Below are positions 40,506 through 52,191 of a DNA stretch of 64,000 nt, piece by piece. The position numbers were made by a program, and so were the translations under genes. Position 1 is the first letter of the stretch. Every line of letters begins with the position of its first letter. The notes beneath the pieces were generated by a model. The model was not told the origin of the DNA, did not search any database, and saw only the letters and a list, made by a program, of their open reading frames with translations. The DNA lies in the NCBI GenBank assembly GCA_037190965.1, contig JBBCKI010000023.1, positions 1 through 64,000 of the forward strand, read 5' to 3'. The DNA is from Chthoniobacteraceae bacterium. Its GTDB lineage: Bacteria; Verrucomicrobiota; Verrucomicrobiia; Chthoniobacterales; Chthoniobacteraceae.

Positions 40506-42083
40506 CTACCTCGTTTTTGGCTTTTCCCGCCAGAGAGGCCGTTTTCGATGAACCAGCGGGTCCTTGAAAGTTTCATTATAACAAGTGGCCGAACCGGTGG
40601 CGCGGTCGAATTCCGCCAGCGCCGAGATGTAGTTATACTTGGCCTGATACTTCGTCACCTGCGCCTGCGTGAGCGCCACGGTGGCGTTGAGAAGGTCGAG
40701 TTGCGTGCCCGCGCCCGCCGCCAGCCGCTCGCGGGCGAGCCGGACCGCTTCCTCGGCCTGTTCCACATTCTTGACCTGGCTCAAGACCGTCTGCCAGGCC
40801 TGGTCGAGATTCGCCCAGGCTTGCTGGACCTCCAGATCCACCTGCGCCACGGAGTCGTCGTAATTGTTGTGCGCCTCCTCCAGACGGGCTCGCGCCTGCT
40901 TCACTTTCCCGTAAGTTTCAAAACCGTCGAAAATATTCCAGTTCCCCTGAACTCCGAAAAACCAGCCATGCACGACGTCACCCAGCGACTTGGCGAAGCG
41001 GTCGTTCTGAATCACGTAACCCGCATTGGCCTGCAAGGTCGGTTTGTAGCCCGCCTGCTGAACGACGATGTCTTCCACCTCGATCAGAATATTCTGGCGC
41101 TGCGCTTTAAGAGAAGGCCGCCGCTCGCGCGCCTGCTGGAGCGCTTCAGCGAGCCCGAGGCAAACGGGAGGCGTCGTCAGGGTCCCGATGAGCCGGAACG
41201 GCTCCTGGTTCGCCCCCAGGGAGCGGGTTTCGTATCCGAGCGTTTTTGCGAGTTGAAGGAGGGAGATACGGTAGTTATTCCGCGCCTGGATCAATGCCGG
41301 AAGGGCATTGGCCAGGGCCACTTCGGCTTGAAGGACATTAAACCGTGGGACCGTTCCCGCCTCGTACCTGGCCCTCTGATCGGCCACCTGGGCGGTGAGC
41401 AGTTCCACGGCCTCTTCCTGCACCAGAATGAGCGCCCGGTTGAGCACCCCCAGGTAAAACTGCTGGCGAACCGTGGCGACCACCTGATCGACCGTGTCGC
41501 GCAGGAGGAAGATCTGCTGGTCCTCGGTAAGTTTGGCGATCCGGATGGCGGCCTTGATGCGCCCGCCTGAGTAGATCACCTGCGTGGCCTGAATGGTGAT
41601 CTGCCAACTGGTGTTCTGGATGACGGGTCCGGAAGGCGAAGGCGTCGGAGAGATCGAAGGACTCGTGCTCGGAGTAGCGGTGGGGCTGGCAGTGGGGGTG
41701 GGGGTGGGAGTTGGCGTAGGGGTGGGGGTCGTGCTCGCTCCGGGAAAGCCCGCCGGAGGACTGCCAAACCCGGTATTCAATCCGCCGCGCGCCAGGCTCT
41801 GCGCTTCGCGTTGAAAACTGCCGTTAAGAGTAACATGAGGCAGCGCCTGCGAACGGACCTCGATCACCTGCCCCTTCGCACGCTCGATCTCCTGTTCCGC
41901 ATTAAGCACCAGCGGGCTCTGCCGCAGGGCAATTTGCACCGCCTCGTCAATCGTCAACGGCTGAGGGGCGCACTGGAGCGCTTTCCGCCCGAGAAGGCGC
42001 TGCAGGGGCGCGCCGGTATCTCCGGCCCAGAGGGCGGCACCCGTAATCAGGAGAAACCAAGGTAGGAGCCGCTTACAGTCCAC
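40506..42083 (-). CDS. TolC-family outer-membrane protein with a Pro/Thr-rich insert
   Basis: Two OEP repeats (RYEAGTVPRFNVLQAE; RLAAGAGTQLDLLNA). Confidence 0.88.
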   Translation of the reverse strand: MDCKRLLPWFLLITGAALWAGDTGAPLQRLLGRKALQCAPQPLTIDEAVQIALRQSPLVLNAEQEIERAKGQVIEVRSQALPHVTLNGSFQREAQSLARGGLNTGFGSPPAGFPGASTTPTPTPTPTPTPTASPTATPSTSPSISPTPSPSGPVIQNTSWQITIQATQVIYSGGRIKAAIRIAKLTEDQQIFLLRDTVDQVVATVRQQFYLGVLNRALILVQEEAVELLTAQVADQRARYEAGTVPRFNVLQAEVALANALPALIQARNNYRISLLQLAKTLGYETRSLGANQEPFRLIGTLTTPPVCLGLAEALQQARERRPSLKAQRQNILIEVEDIVVQQAGYKPTLQANAGYVIQNDRFAKSLGDVVHGWFFGVQGNWNIFDGFETYGKVKQARARLEEAHNNYDDSVAQVDLEVQQAWANLDQAWQTVLSQVKNVEQAEEAVRLARERLAAGAGTQLDLLNATVALTQAQVTKYQAKYNYISALAEFDRATGSATCYNETFKDPLVHRKRPLWREKPKTR

Positions 42084-42248
42084 GCGGACGTCTTCGGCAA
42101 CCGGAGCGTGAACGGGTGTATCTAAATTCCGCTCAAAAACGGAAATTTTGCCGCAAAAAGCATCGAGAACGCGCTTTTTTCTACCGCTTTAGCCTAAAAA
42201 CGGCGATGGGATTTGTCGGATCGCCCCGATTCGTCGACGTTTTTGGAC

Positions 42249-42611
42249 TTAGGGCTTGGCGACCCAATCCCCCGGACGGGGCGCGCCACTGGTGATTTCC
42301 GCGATGAAAAACGGGCGCGCCTGCTCCGGGCTGACACTCAGGGTGGCGGTTTCCCGCTGATCCTCTGGAGCATGGGCTTTGAGGGCGGTGCCCGGCACGA
42401 GGCCTTCGGGGGAATCGATCAATACAAAGCCGAGGTCGCCGTTCACCATCGAAATCGTCCCGACAGGGCGCACCTTTACGGCGGTGGCTTTCTGGGCGTC
42501 GGTCGCCTCCACGCCGGATTGTTCTCCCTTTTTTCCCGCGCGGTGGGTCGCGCAGGCGGAGAGAGTAAGGCTGACGAGAAGGGCGGCCAAAATGCGGCAA
42601 TGGGAGGACAT
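42249..42611 (-). CDS. Hypothetical lipoprotein
   Basis: Lipobox LSAC followed by a small beta domain (GFVLID). Confidence 0.7.
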   Translation of the reverse strand: MSSHCRILAALLVSLTLSACATHRAGKKGEQSGVEATDAQKATAVKVRPVGTISMVNGDLGFVLIDSPEGLVPGTALKAHAPEDQRETATLSVSPEQARPFFIAEITSGAPRPGDWVAKP

Positions 42612-42694
42612 GGGGTTCAGAAACGAATCAGATTTCCGCGTTCCCCGCAACCTTCGGCTTGCACGAGCTTTATTCCACCGCTAATAACGCCTTC

Positions 42695-42805
42695 ATGGGT
42701 CAACAACTGAGAAAAGTCGCAAAACGCCGCCGCCGGGTGGCTTATCTGGAACGCAAAAAGGAAGCCGCCGTTATCAAGGCTGCTTCCGCCAAAGCAAAGA
42801 AGTAG
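42695..42805 (+). CDS. Small highly basic protein (36 aa, not in ORF track)
   Basis: MGQQLRKVAKRRRRVAYLERKKEAAVIKAASAKAKK. Confidence 0.6.
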   Translation: MGQQLRKVAKRRRRVAYLERKKEAAVIKAASAKAKK

Positions 42806-42928
42806 CGCATTTCGACGCTTCTTCCCTGAAATCGCGCGTTGATCGTTGCCCCCGGCCGTCAGGTCATGGCAGCGGTTCGCGCGCTTTTTCGTGTCCGCAT
42901 GCCGAGCTCCGCTCTATGCTGCACACCG

Positions 42929-43819
42929 ATGCACGAGGCGATTGACTCCTTCATTCTTTATCTCGCGACCGAGCGGGGTCTCTCGGACAACTACCAACTC
43001 TCCACGCGGCAATCGCTGGAGGGTTTTGCGGAGTGGCTTTCCTCAACCCGGCAAATCACCGATCCCCGCGCGGTTGAGTTTTCACACCTCACCGGCTATC
43101 TCGCCTTCCGCAAACAAGGCGGGCTGGCGGCCGCTTCGATCAAGGTGATCGTCGTGGCGCTGAAGATTTTCTTCCGTTTCCTGGCCCAGCGCCGCCGGGT
43201 CGACCGCGACATCGCCGAGGTGCTCCCGCTTCCCCGCGTGGAACGTTATCTGCCGGAGACGCTCAACGAGATACAACTGGAGCAATTGCTCGAAAGCATT
43301 CCGCTCGACCAGCCACTGGGACTACGCGACCGCGCCATGATCGAGCTGCTCTACGCCAGCGGGTTGCGCGTGTCGGAGCTGGCTCACGCCCGGCTGGAGC
43401 ATCTGCATCTGGAGGAAAAAGTGATCCGCGTCACCGGCAAGGGAAACAAGACCCGGCTGGTCCCGCTCGGCAGCAAGGCGCGGGATGCCGTGGAGCTCTA
43501 CCTCCGCAAGGAACGCCCGTTGCATGTCAAACGGAGGACCGGGAGCGAAATCTTTCTCTCGGTGCGGGGCGGCCCGCTCACCACCGTCCGCTGCTGGCAG
43601 ATCGTCAAGGAGCGGGCCAAAAATGCGGGGCTGGAAGAGAACGTCTATCCGCATCTTTTGCGGCATTCCTTCGCCACGCATCTTCTCGGGAACGGAGCCG
43701 ATCTGCGGCTCATTCAGGAGATGCTCGGCCATGCCGATATTTCCACCACGCAAATTTACACGCACGTCGATCAGGCGCGGCTCAAGGCGGTGCACCACAA
43801 ATTCCACCCGAGGGGGTAA
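42929..43819 (+). CDS. xerD: Site-specific tyrosine recombinase XerD
   Basis: ERGLS, RDRAMIELLYASGLRVSEL, HLLRHSFATHLL, LGHADISTTQIYTHV and HPRG. Confidence 0.92.
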   Translation: MHEAIDSFILYLATERGLSDNYQLSTRQSLEGFAEWLSSTRQITDPRAVEFSHLTGYLAFRKQGGLAAASIKVIVVALKIFFRFLAQRRRVDRDIAEVLPLPRVERYLPETLNEIQLEQLLESIPLDQPLGLRDRAMIELLYASGLRVSELAHARLEHLHLEEKVIRVTGKGNKTRLVPLGSKARDAVELYLRKERPLHVKRRTGSEIFLSVRGGPLTTVRCWQIVKERAKNAGLEENVYPHLLRHSFATHLLGNGADLRLIQEMLGHADISTTQIYTHVDQARLKAVHHKFHPRG

Positions 43820-43844
43820 GCGATAACGCCCCCGGGCGGCCCGA

Positions 43845-44474
43845 TCAAAAGAAACGCCCGGCAAGCCACTGCCGCACCTTCCCGAGTTCCGCGGAAGCCA
43901 GTTGATGGCCACTGTCGCTCCATCCCAACGCGACATCGGCTCCGGCTTGTTTCAACATCGCGGCCAACTGTTCAACCTGGTGCGGGGGCACCAGCGAGTC
44001 GTGTTTTCCCGACGCGAGATAGACCGGCACCCCGGCAAGATCTGGAAGCACCTTCGGCAACAATGGAACCATCGCCCGCAAAAGGACGGCCCCCCGGAAC
44101 AGGCCCGGGCACAGGAGCAGACCGCTCGCGGCGATGTTCGCGCCGTTCGAATACCCGACGACGATCACATTATCGGCGTCGAACCGATAATATTCCGAAG
44201 CCGCTTTGACAAATTTCGCAAGCTCGTGAGTTCGGCGGATCAGATCCTCCTCGTCAAACACCCCTTCCGCGAGACGCCGGAAGAAACGCGGCATCCCATT
44301 CTCAAGGACCTTCCCCCGAGGGCTCAGCAGGGACGCGCCCGGGGCCAGCGAATGACCGAGATCGATCAAGTCGTTTTCGTTCCCTCCCGTGCCATGCAGG
44401 AGTAAGAGCACCGGGCCCGAAACCCCGGCCGCGCCGGGCACAAAGCGATGGATGAAATCCAACGGGTTATTCAT
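43845..44474 (-). CDS. Alpha/beta hydrolase (MhqD-like carboxylesterase)
   Basis: LLHGTGG and GYSNGAN. Confidence 0.88.
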   Translation of the reverse strand: MNNPLDFIHRFVPGAAGVSGPVLLLLHGTGGNENDLIDLGHSLAPGASLLSPRGKVLENGMPRFFRRLAEGVFDEEDLIRRTHELAKFVKAASEYYRFDADNVIVVGYSNGANIAASGLLLCPGLFRGAVLLRAMVPLLPKVLPDLAGVPVYLASGKHDSLVPPHQVEQLAAMLKQAGADVALGWSDSGHQLASAELGKVRQWLAGRFF

Positions 44475-45447
44475 GGCGATGAGGGATTTTTACGTCAGGA
44501 AGTGGCTTCAGACCCGCTTCGATCTGCGGCCGACTTTTTTCCAGAAACGGAGGCAGCGACAAACGCTCGCCTAAGTGCTCAAGATCTTCTCCATCGGCGG
44601 TGAATCCCGGCCCTTCCGTCGCGATCTCGAACAGAATCCCGCCCGGAATGCGGAAATAGAGCGACTGGAAATAAAACCGGTCGATCGGCCCGGAAGCAGG
44701 CACCCCGGAATGGGCAAGATGTTCCCTCCAGGCGTGCAGAACGTCGACATCCGCCGCCTTCCACGCGACGTGATGCACCCCGCCCGCCCCGAGGGTTCCC
44801 AGTGTCGCGGAGGTAAGCAGCCGAAGCTGCGCCCCGGGACCGCCGTTGCCAACTTCAAACAGCGACGGATCGTTCGCGTTATTCCGAAACCCCAATATTT
44901 CAACCAGCATGGCCGCCGTCGGTTCAAAATCCCGGACGGTCAGCGTCACTTCGCTGAGCCCGACAATGGCGGCGGCGCGAGACACGGGAGCCGCCCTCCA
45001 AGGATGGAAATCGGCGGCCGCCGCCGTGACCGGTTCGGCAATAAGGCGCAACCGCTGCCCCTCCGGGTCCTGAAAAGGAAGACTTGGGAAACGGGACGCC
45101 GTGGCTTCTTCGATGGCTCCATGCGAGACTCCATTTTCGTCAAACCAGCGCGCCCAGAGCTTCAGCGTCTCCTCGTCGCCGACCACCCGTAGCGCGGTTT
45201 CACTAACCGTTCTTGCCCCAGGGCGGGCCGGCGGAACCTGTTGCCAGTCGAAGAAGGTCACTTCCGTGCCTGGGCTGCCGAGCTCATCCCCATAGAACAG
45301 GTGATAGGCCGAAACGTCATCCTGGTTGACCGTCTTCTTCACCAGCCGCATTCCAAGAATACGGGTGTAGAAGTCGAGATTCTCGCTCGCATTGCCCGTC
45401 ACCGCGGTGAGGTGGTGCAAGCCTTTGAGAGGTGGTGCTTTTGACAT
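44467..45447 (-). CDS. Ring-cleaving dioxygenase (MhqO-like VOC)
   Basis: LVKKTVNQDD...YHLFY, VHHVA and DRFYFQSLYFR. Confidence 0.9.
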   Translation of the reverse strand: MSKAPPLKGLHHLTAVTGNASENLDFYTRILGMRLVKKTVNQDDVSAYHLFYGDELGSPGTEVTFFDWQQVPPARPGARTVSETALRVVGDEETLKLWARWFDENGVSHGAIEEATASRFPSLPFQDPEGQRLRLIAEPVTAAAADFHPWRAAPVSRAAAIVGLSEVTLTVRDFEPTAAMLVEILGFRNNANDPSLFEVGNGGPGAQLRLLTSATLGTLGAGGVHHVAWKAADVDVLHAWREHLAHSGVPASGPIDRFYFQSLYFRIPGGILFEIATEGPGFTADGEDLEHLGERLSLPPFLEKSRPQIEAGLKPLPDVKIPHRHE

Positions 45448-45451
45448 AATC

Positions 45452-45910
45452 TTATTGGGTTAAATTTCGTTCCAAAACGGAATCGAGAGACCATTTCCCG
45501 CCGCCGCGAAGAATGAGGGCGACCGCGATGCCGATCGCGAGCAAGTGAAATTCGAATCCTTCGCCCTTTTGGTTGCCATGCCAGTTCATGAAGAAGCCGT
45601 TTGCCAGATGCCCGGAGAAAATCGCGACTGTCATCGTGGCGGCAATCCCGAAGGCGGCAACCCGGGTCATCACCCCCAGGACAAGGCCGATCGCCCCGGC
45701 AAACTCCGCCGCGATGGCCAGGAAGGCGAAAAGCGCGGGGATCTGCATGGCTCCGGTAAAAAATTCCATCGTGCCGCTAAAGCCATGCCCACCAAACCAG
45801 CCAAGGGCTTTTTGGGCGCCATGGGGAAAGAAGACGACGCCGAGCGTCAGTCGCAGCAGGAGGGTCGAGGTTGCATCGTCGGTTTTCAGTAATGCGTGGA
45901 ATGCTTTCAT
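45452..45910 (-). CDS. DoxX-family membrane protein
   Basis: HGAQKALGWFGG and GEGFEFHLL. Confidence 0.9.
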   Translation of the reverse strand: MKAFHALLKTDDATSTLLLRLTLGVVFFPHGAQKALGWFGGHGFSGTMEFFTGAMQIPALFAFLAIAAEFAGAIGLVLGVMTRVAAFGIAATMTVAIFSGHLANGFFMNWHGNQKGEGFEFHLLAIGIAVALILRGGGKWSLDSVLERNLTQ

Positions 45911-45982
45911 GGGGTGTTTTCCGTTTGATGAAAACATACCACCTCGCCCTCCTTTCCTGTAATGCTCCCTAGCTATCGTCGT

Positions 45983-45999
45983 TATGCATTTTATGCATA
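45983..45999. promoter_or_regulatory. Candidate LysR box upstream of doxX
   Basis: TATGC-N7-GCATA (T-N11-A core). Confidence 0.55.
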
Positions 46000-46012
46000 T
46001 CATACTCGGCCT

Positions 46013-48114
<2,102 letters not shown>

Positions 48115-48140
<26 letters not shown>

Positions 48141-48286
48141 CACGCGCGCGCCGTCGGGCGCGGGGTTCGGCTGCCGTGGTTCCATGAGGGGCGTATCCCA
48201 GTACCAAAGCCCGTCCTGCGGGGATGGACATCAAATGCGACTCGTAAACCCATCCCGCGCTCTCGGCGAGAGCGGGCTACCTTGCA
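48115..48286 (+). repeat. ~170 bp dispersed REPIN-like repeat, copy 2
   Basis: Matches 27985-28155. Confidence 0.92.
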
Positions 48287-48316
48287 GAACGCTCAATCGT
48301 AGAACAAGATGCGACC

Positions 48317-49066
48317 CTACGGAGAGGCGCTGTTCGGAGCATAGATCACGCTTCCAACTTCGGCATTCCCGGCCAAGGGATACTTCAGGCCCTTGTAAAT
48401 GCGGACATCATCCATTACCGCCATCAGGCCTTTGGCTTCGCCCGACTCGGGATTGACGGTGCCGCCAATAAAAAGAGGCGCGGCATCCCGTGATTGAACC
48501 TGCGCTTCGATGGGGAACTTGCCGGCAAGTTTCCCGTCGACCAGAAGGGTTAATATCCGGTCGCTTCCATCATACTGGACGGCCACCTCCGACCACTCTC
48601 CCAACGGAAGAGGGTAGTCTTTTCCCGTATACGCCCGCCATCCCCCTTGAGCATAGTAGCTGAACCCCAACGTTCGGTCCGGCCCGACACTGAGCCGGTA
48701 ACTACCTCCGGAACCCTTTGAAATCAGGGCACCGGTCGTTTTTGCCTGTTCGAGGCGGACCCGGGTTTGCACGGTGAACTGATCGCCTGCGGCGAAGCTC
48801 AACGTCTCCCTGGTAGGAACCGAAATTTCCAGCGCGCTCTTCCCGTCGAACTGCCACGCCTTTCCATGATCCGACTCCGCCAGGCCGCCGCCGCGTTCGG
48901 TGATGACAAGGCCGGTCAGGTTGCCCCCCGGCTTGAGGCCATCCTCAAAGCCGAGTTCGAACATCAGATCGGCGGCTTCCGTGCGGGCAGCCGCGCAAAA
49001 AACCAGAACGAGCGCCGCGCCCGCAGCCCTTCGCATCTTCGCGTGTTTCATAAGCGCAATTTTCAT
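48317..49066 (-). CDS. Secreted LamG-like jelly-roll (concanavalin-like) protein
   Basis: Signal peptide, GKAWQFDG, GEWSEVAVQYDG, LFIGG and MDDVRIY. Confidence 0.85.
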   Translation of the reverse strand: MKIALMKHAKMRRAAGAALVLVFCAAARTEAADLMFELGFEDGLKPGGNLTGLVITERGGGLAESDHGKAWQFDGKSALEISVPTRETLSFAAGDQFTVQTRVRLEQAKTTGALISKGSGGSYRLSVGPDRTLGFSYYAQGGWRAYTGKDYPLPLGEWSEVAVQYDGSDRILTLLVDGKLAGKFPIEAQVQSRDAAPLFIGGTVNPESGEAKGLMAVMDDVRIYKGLKYPLAGNAEVGSVIYAPNSASP

Positions 49067-50247
49067 CGGTCATCAGGGGGAGGAGCCACCGTTTCCCGGG
49101 GAAGGAATTCACCCGGCGGAAAGAGGCGATTTTGCGGTCGGCGGCCATCCACCCAATCCATGATCGCCCGCGCGGACGCGGCAGCCATCTCGACCAACGG
49201 CGCTTCGAGAACCGCCAGTTCGCTGAAGGGGAGAAGCTTCGATCCGATCACGCTCACCTGCTTGGGCACATCGAAACCGATCCGCCGCAAATGCCGGACG
49301 ATCTCAAGCCCCGCCACTTCGTCCGAGGCGATGATTGCCGAAGGCGGGGTCGGCCCGCTCATCACCTCCTCGACGATTCTCCCAAGATGCTCCTCAAAAG
49401 GATAGGGAACCGTTACGACCAGCGGCGTTTCAGGCAACACAGGCGTTTCCACCCGGGCCTTTGCCCACGCCGGAAGCAGCGACGACGAAGAGTTCATCAC
49501 CCCGACGGCCTCCATCGAGGGCTCCTGGACAAAGAAGGCGAGATGCTTGTGGCCCAACCGGGTCACGGTGCGAATCGACTTCAGGACCTGCGCTTCAAAA
49601 TCAATCGCGATATGGGGGATGCGCTCGTCCTGATACCGCGTGTTGACCCCAAGGCAGTGGATGCCGGCATCGAGCAAGGTCTGGATCGCCGAGAGCGGCA
49701 CGTTGCTCAAGACCAGGGCGAACTCTGTCCGGCTGTGTTGAAGCGCGGAAACGAGCGCTTTTCCCATTGCATCGGGATCGGCCACCGACGGCATCCGCTG
49801 GACATTGAGGTGAACGCTCGAGCCATCCGTGACCTTCTCGATCGCCCCCAGCACCTGCGAGATAAAGGGATGGGAGAGGCTGAAGAGATCCTTGACCAGA
49901 ACGGCCACCTGCCGGTTTTGCAAGACGGCGGCAAGGTCGCTCACGAACGTTCCCTTCCCCCGCACGCGTCGCAGCAATCCCTCATGTTCCAGCTCGTCCA
50001 GGCAGCGACGGGCCGTGGTGCTGCTCACCTGATAATGCGCGATCAGTTCGCTTTCGCTCGGAACCCGGGAGCCGGGCGCGAATTGCCCGGTGGAGATCGC
50101 CCGCTCCATATCCTTCTTCATCACCTGATAAAGAGGCTTCTGGGCTTTTTCGCTCTGCCGCCCGGCGCGCGGCGCAAGGCGCTGCGTAATCAGGGAGAGG
50201 TCTTCCTTGTTCGGGGCCGGGCTACTGGGCGGGCTACTCTTTGCCAT
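49063..50247 (-). CDS. GntR-HTH / LacI-type sensor-domain regulator
   Basis: VPSESEL...VSSTTARR...RGKGTFV, then VPKQVSVIG. Confidence 0.9.
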   Translation of the reverse strand: MAKSSPPSSPAPNKEDLSLITQRLAPRAGRQSEKAQKPLYQVMKKDMERAISTGQFAPGSRVPSESELIAHYQVSSTTARRCLDELEHEGLLRRVRGKGTFVSDLAAVLQNRQVAVLVKDLFSLSHPFISQVLGAIEKVTDGSSVHLNVQRMPSVADPDAMGKALVSALQHSRTEFALVLSNVPLSAIQTLLDAGIHCLGVNTRYQDERIPHIAIDFEAQVLKSIRTVTRLGHKHLAFFVQEPSMEAVGVMNSSSSLLPAWAKARVETPVLPETPLVVTVPYPFEEHLGRIVEEVMSGPTPPSAIIASDEVAGLEIVRHLRRIGFDVPKQVSVIGSKLLPFSELAVLEAPLVEMAAASARAIMDWVDGRRPQNRLFPPGEFLPRETVAPPPDDR

Positions 50248-50253
50248 TTGTCA

Positions 50254-51969
50254 TTACTCCAACGTTAGATGTCCGAAATCTGCGGGAGTCATCCGACGGC
50301 CTCGCGTATTGAACCAGGCGGAAACCTCCCTTGGATGATCTTGCACGCGAACCAATTGAAATCCAAGAATCTTTCCGGAAGGCTCCTCGAGCCCCAGCGT
50401 CTCGAGGGGAATCGCCAATTCGGCCTCCCAGCGGTCCGGACTGATCTTCGCGGAATGCGCCCACGGATGCGACCAACCATCAGCGATCCGCTGGCCCGCA
50501 AAATCGCCATTGGCCGGGTCGACCATGAACCGCACATAATCGTCGTGCTGATGGCGATAATCAAGGAACAGGTGCACACTCTCAAACGGATCCCAAAAGC
50601 GTCGCGAACCCAGTTGCTTCACGTTGTAGTTGCTTGGGTCGAAACAGGGAACCTCCGCAAGTTTCCCGGGCGAGCGCTCCTTGCAGATAAAACGGACATA
50701 CAGCGTCGCGCCATCATGCGCGATCTGAAAGGAGGTCTCCTGATCGGTCCGGCCATCATCCTGGGTAAACGTCTTGAGGAACCCGGTATGCAGCGGAACC
50801 CGGCTCCAGTCCGGCGTGGTTTCCGCGATCCGGACAGCCGTCACCGCCCGCGAGGCGTATGACTTGCCCAGGCTCACCGCGCGCATCCGATCCGAGATCG
50901 GGCTCCTCACCACGGCGTCGGATTCAAAGAGCACGATCTTTCGGCAGCCCTGCGCCTCGGCCTCGGCCGCAAACGCCTCGAATCCTTCAGGCGGCAAATC
51001 ATGATAGGCGGGAATGCCCGGCACCACTTCCACCGCCGTGCCTGCCACTTGAGGCGCAATGGCGGCCAACTGGCGGCGCACTTCCTCAGGCGAATAGGAG
51101 TAAGTATGCGACCCGACCATGACCTCTCCGATCGCCCCGGCTTTGGCCAGCGCGGGCAGATCGAACGCCATCCATTTCATCAGATCGACCGGCCAGACCA
51201 GCAAATCCAGCGGCCGCCCTGCCTGCTTCGCCAGCGCGGCGATTTCGAGAACAAACTCCGTGAGCGGACGGGCGTTGAACGCCAGCCATTGATCCCACTC
51301 CGGGGTACCCGGCGCGATAGCCAGCGCGTCGTGACCGGTCTCGTCCCGGAAGGCCGAGATCTTTTCGGGGTTATAGCCGTAGCGATAGTTGCCGTCGACG
51401 TCGGCGCTTGGCCTGCCATTGCGCCGCAGGAAATCAAGCAACAGGCGGCTCCCGGGCTTCGCGAGCAGCTCTTTGACAATCCCAAGCTTGTACTCGCGCA
51501 CCGCCGGAAACCAGAAATCGAGACACCCCGGAACCGGTTCGCCATCGCGCGTGCGGCAGCGAAGCTCCGGATGCTCCTTGACGAAGTCCGAAGCGAGATG
51601 ACCGCCATGGTCATCTTCAAAAATGGTGTACCAGTGGCAGAACTCGATCCCCGAACCGCAGGCGACCTCAGCCATGTCGGAGAGCTGATCCCACTTGCTG
51701 TAATCCGCATAAGTCATGTAGGTGAAAAACGACTTGGGCAACGCTCCGTACCCCTTGAAATTCGGATCGCGATAGCCGGAAGCATCCGCATTGCTGCAAA
51801 CTCTGGAGGGATACTTCGCCTGCCCACCGTTATGACTCCGCCAGTAAAGACGTGAGATCCCGGCCTCACCGCTAAAGTCGGCAATGCGCTGAAGACCCGG
51901 TTTCCCCCAAGCCCCACCGCCATAAAACCAGTCGGAATGGGTGCCGAAAGCGTATATTTTCATTGTCAT
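50254..51969 (-). CDS. Hypothetical glycoside-hydrolase-like TIM barrel (GHL10-like) plus CBM9-like domain
   Basis: FVKEHPE...LDFWFPAVREYKL...LLDFLR, then LYVRFIC...WEAELAIP. No signal peptide. Confidence 0.55.
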   Translation of the reverse strand: MTMKIYAFGTHSDWFYGGGAWGKPGLQRIADFSGEAGISRLYWRSHNGGQAKYPSRVCSNADASGYRDPNFKGYGALPKSFFTYMTYADYSKWDQLSDMAEVACGSGIEFCHWYTIFEDDHGGHLASDFVKEHPELRCRTRDGEPVPGCLDFWFPAVREYKLGIVKELLAKPGSRLLLDFLRRNGRPSADVDGNYRYGYNPEKISAFRDETGHDALAIAPGTPEWDQWLAFNARPLTEFVLEIAALAKQAGRPLDLLVWPVDLMKWMAFDLPALAKAGAIGEVMVGSHTYSYSPEEVRRQLAAIAPQVAGTAVEVVPGIPAYHDLPPEGFEAFAAEAEAQGCRKIVLFESDAVVRSPISDRMRAVSLGKSYASRAVTAVRIAETTPDWSRVPLHTGFLKTFTQDDGRTDQETSFQIAHDGATLYVRFICKERSPGKLAEVPCFDPSNYNVKQLGSRRFWDPFESVHLFLDYRHQHDDYVRFMVDPANGDFAGQRIADGWSHPWAHSAKISPDRWEAELAIPLETLGLEEPSGKILGFQLVRVQDHPREVSAWFNTRGRRMTPADFGHLTLE

Positions 51970-51970
51970 T

Positions 51971-51985
51971 TAGTTATAACTCTAA
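51971..51985. promoter_or_regulatory. Candidate GntR operator A
   Basis: TAGTTATAACTCTAA. Confidence 0.7.
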
Positions 51986-52021
51986 CTTTTAATTTTCCGC
52001 AATAAATTTCCCCGATCTTCG

Positions 52022-52191
52022 GCAGGTAGTCCGCTCTCACCGAGAGCGCGGAATGGGTTTACGAGTCGCATTTGGCGTCCATCCCCGCAGGACGGCGTTG
52101 CGCGTATTGGGATGCGGCCCTCATGAAGCCACGGGAGCCGATACCCGCGCCCGGCGGCGCGAGCGGACTATCGGTGCTGCCGCACCATTTC
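52022..52191 (-). repeat. ~170 bp dispersed REPIN-like repeat, copy 3
   Basis: Reverse complement matches copies 1 and 2. Confidence 0.92.

Noticed and set aside
42929..43819. xerD as a third mobile-element integrase
   Set aside because: It has canonical chromosomal XerD motifs, is intact, and lies in a core-gene context.
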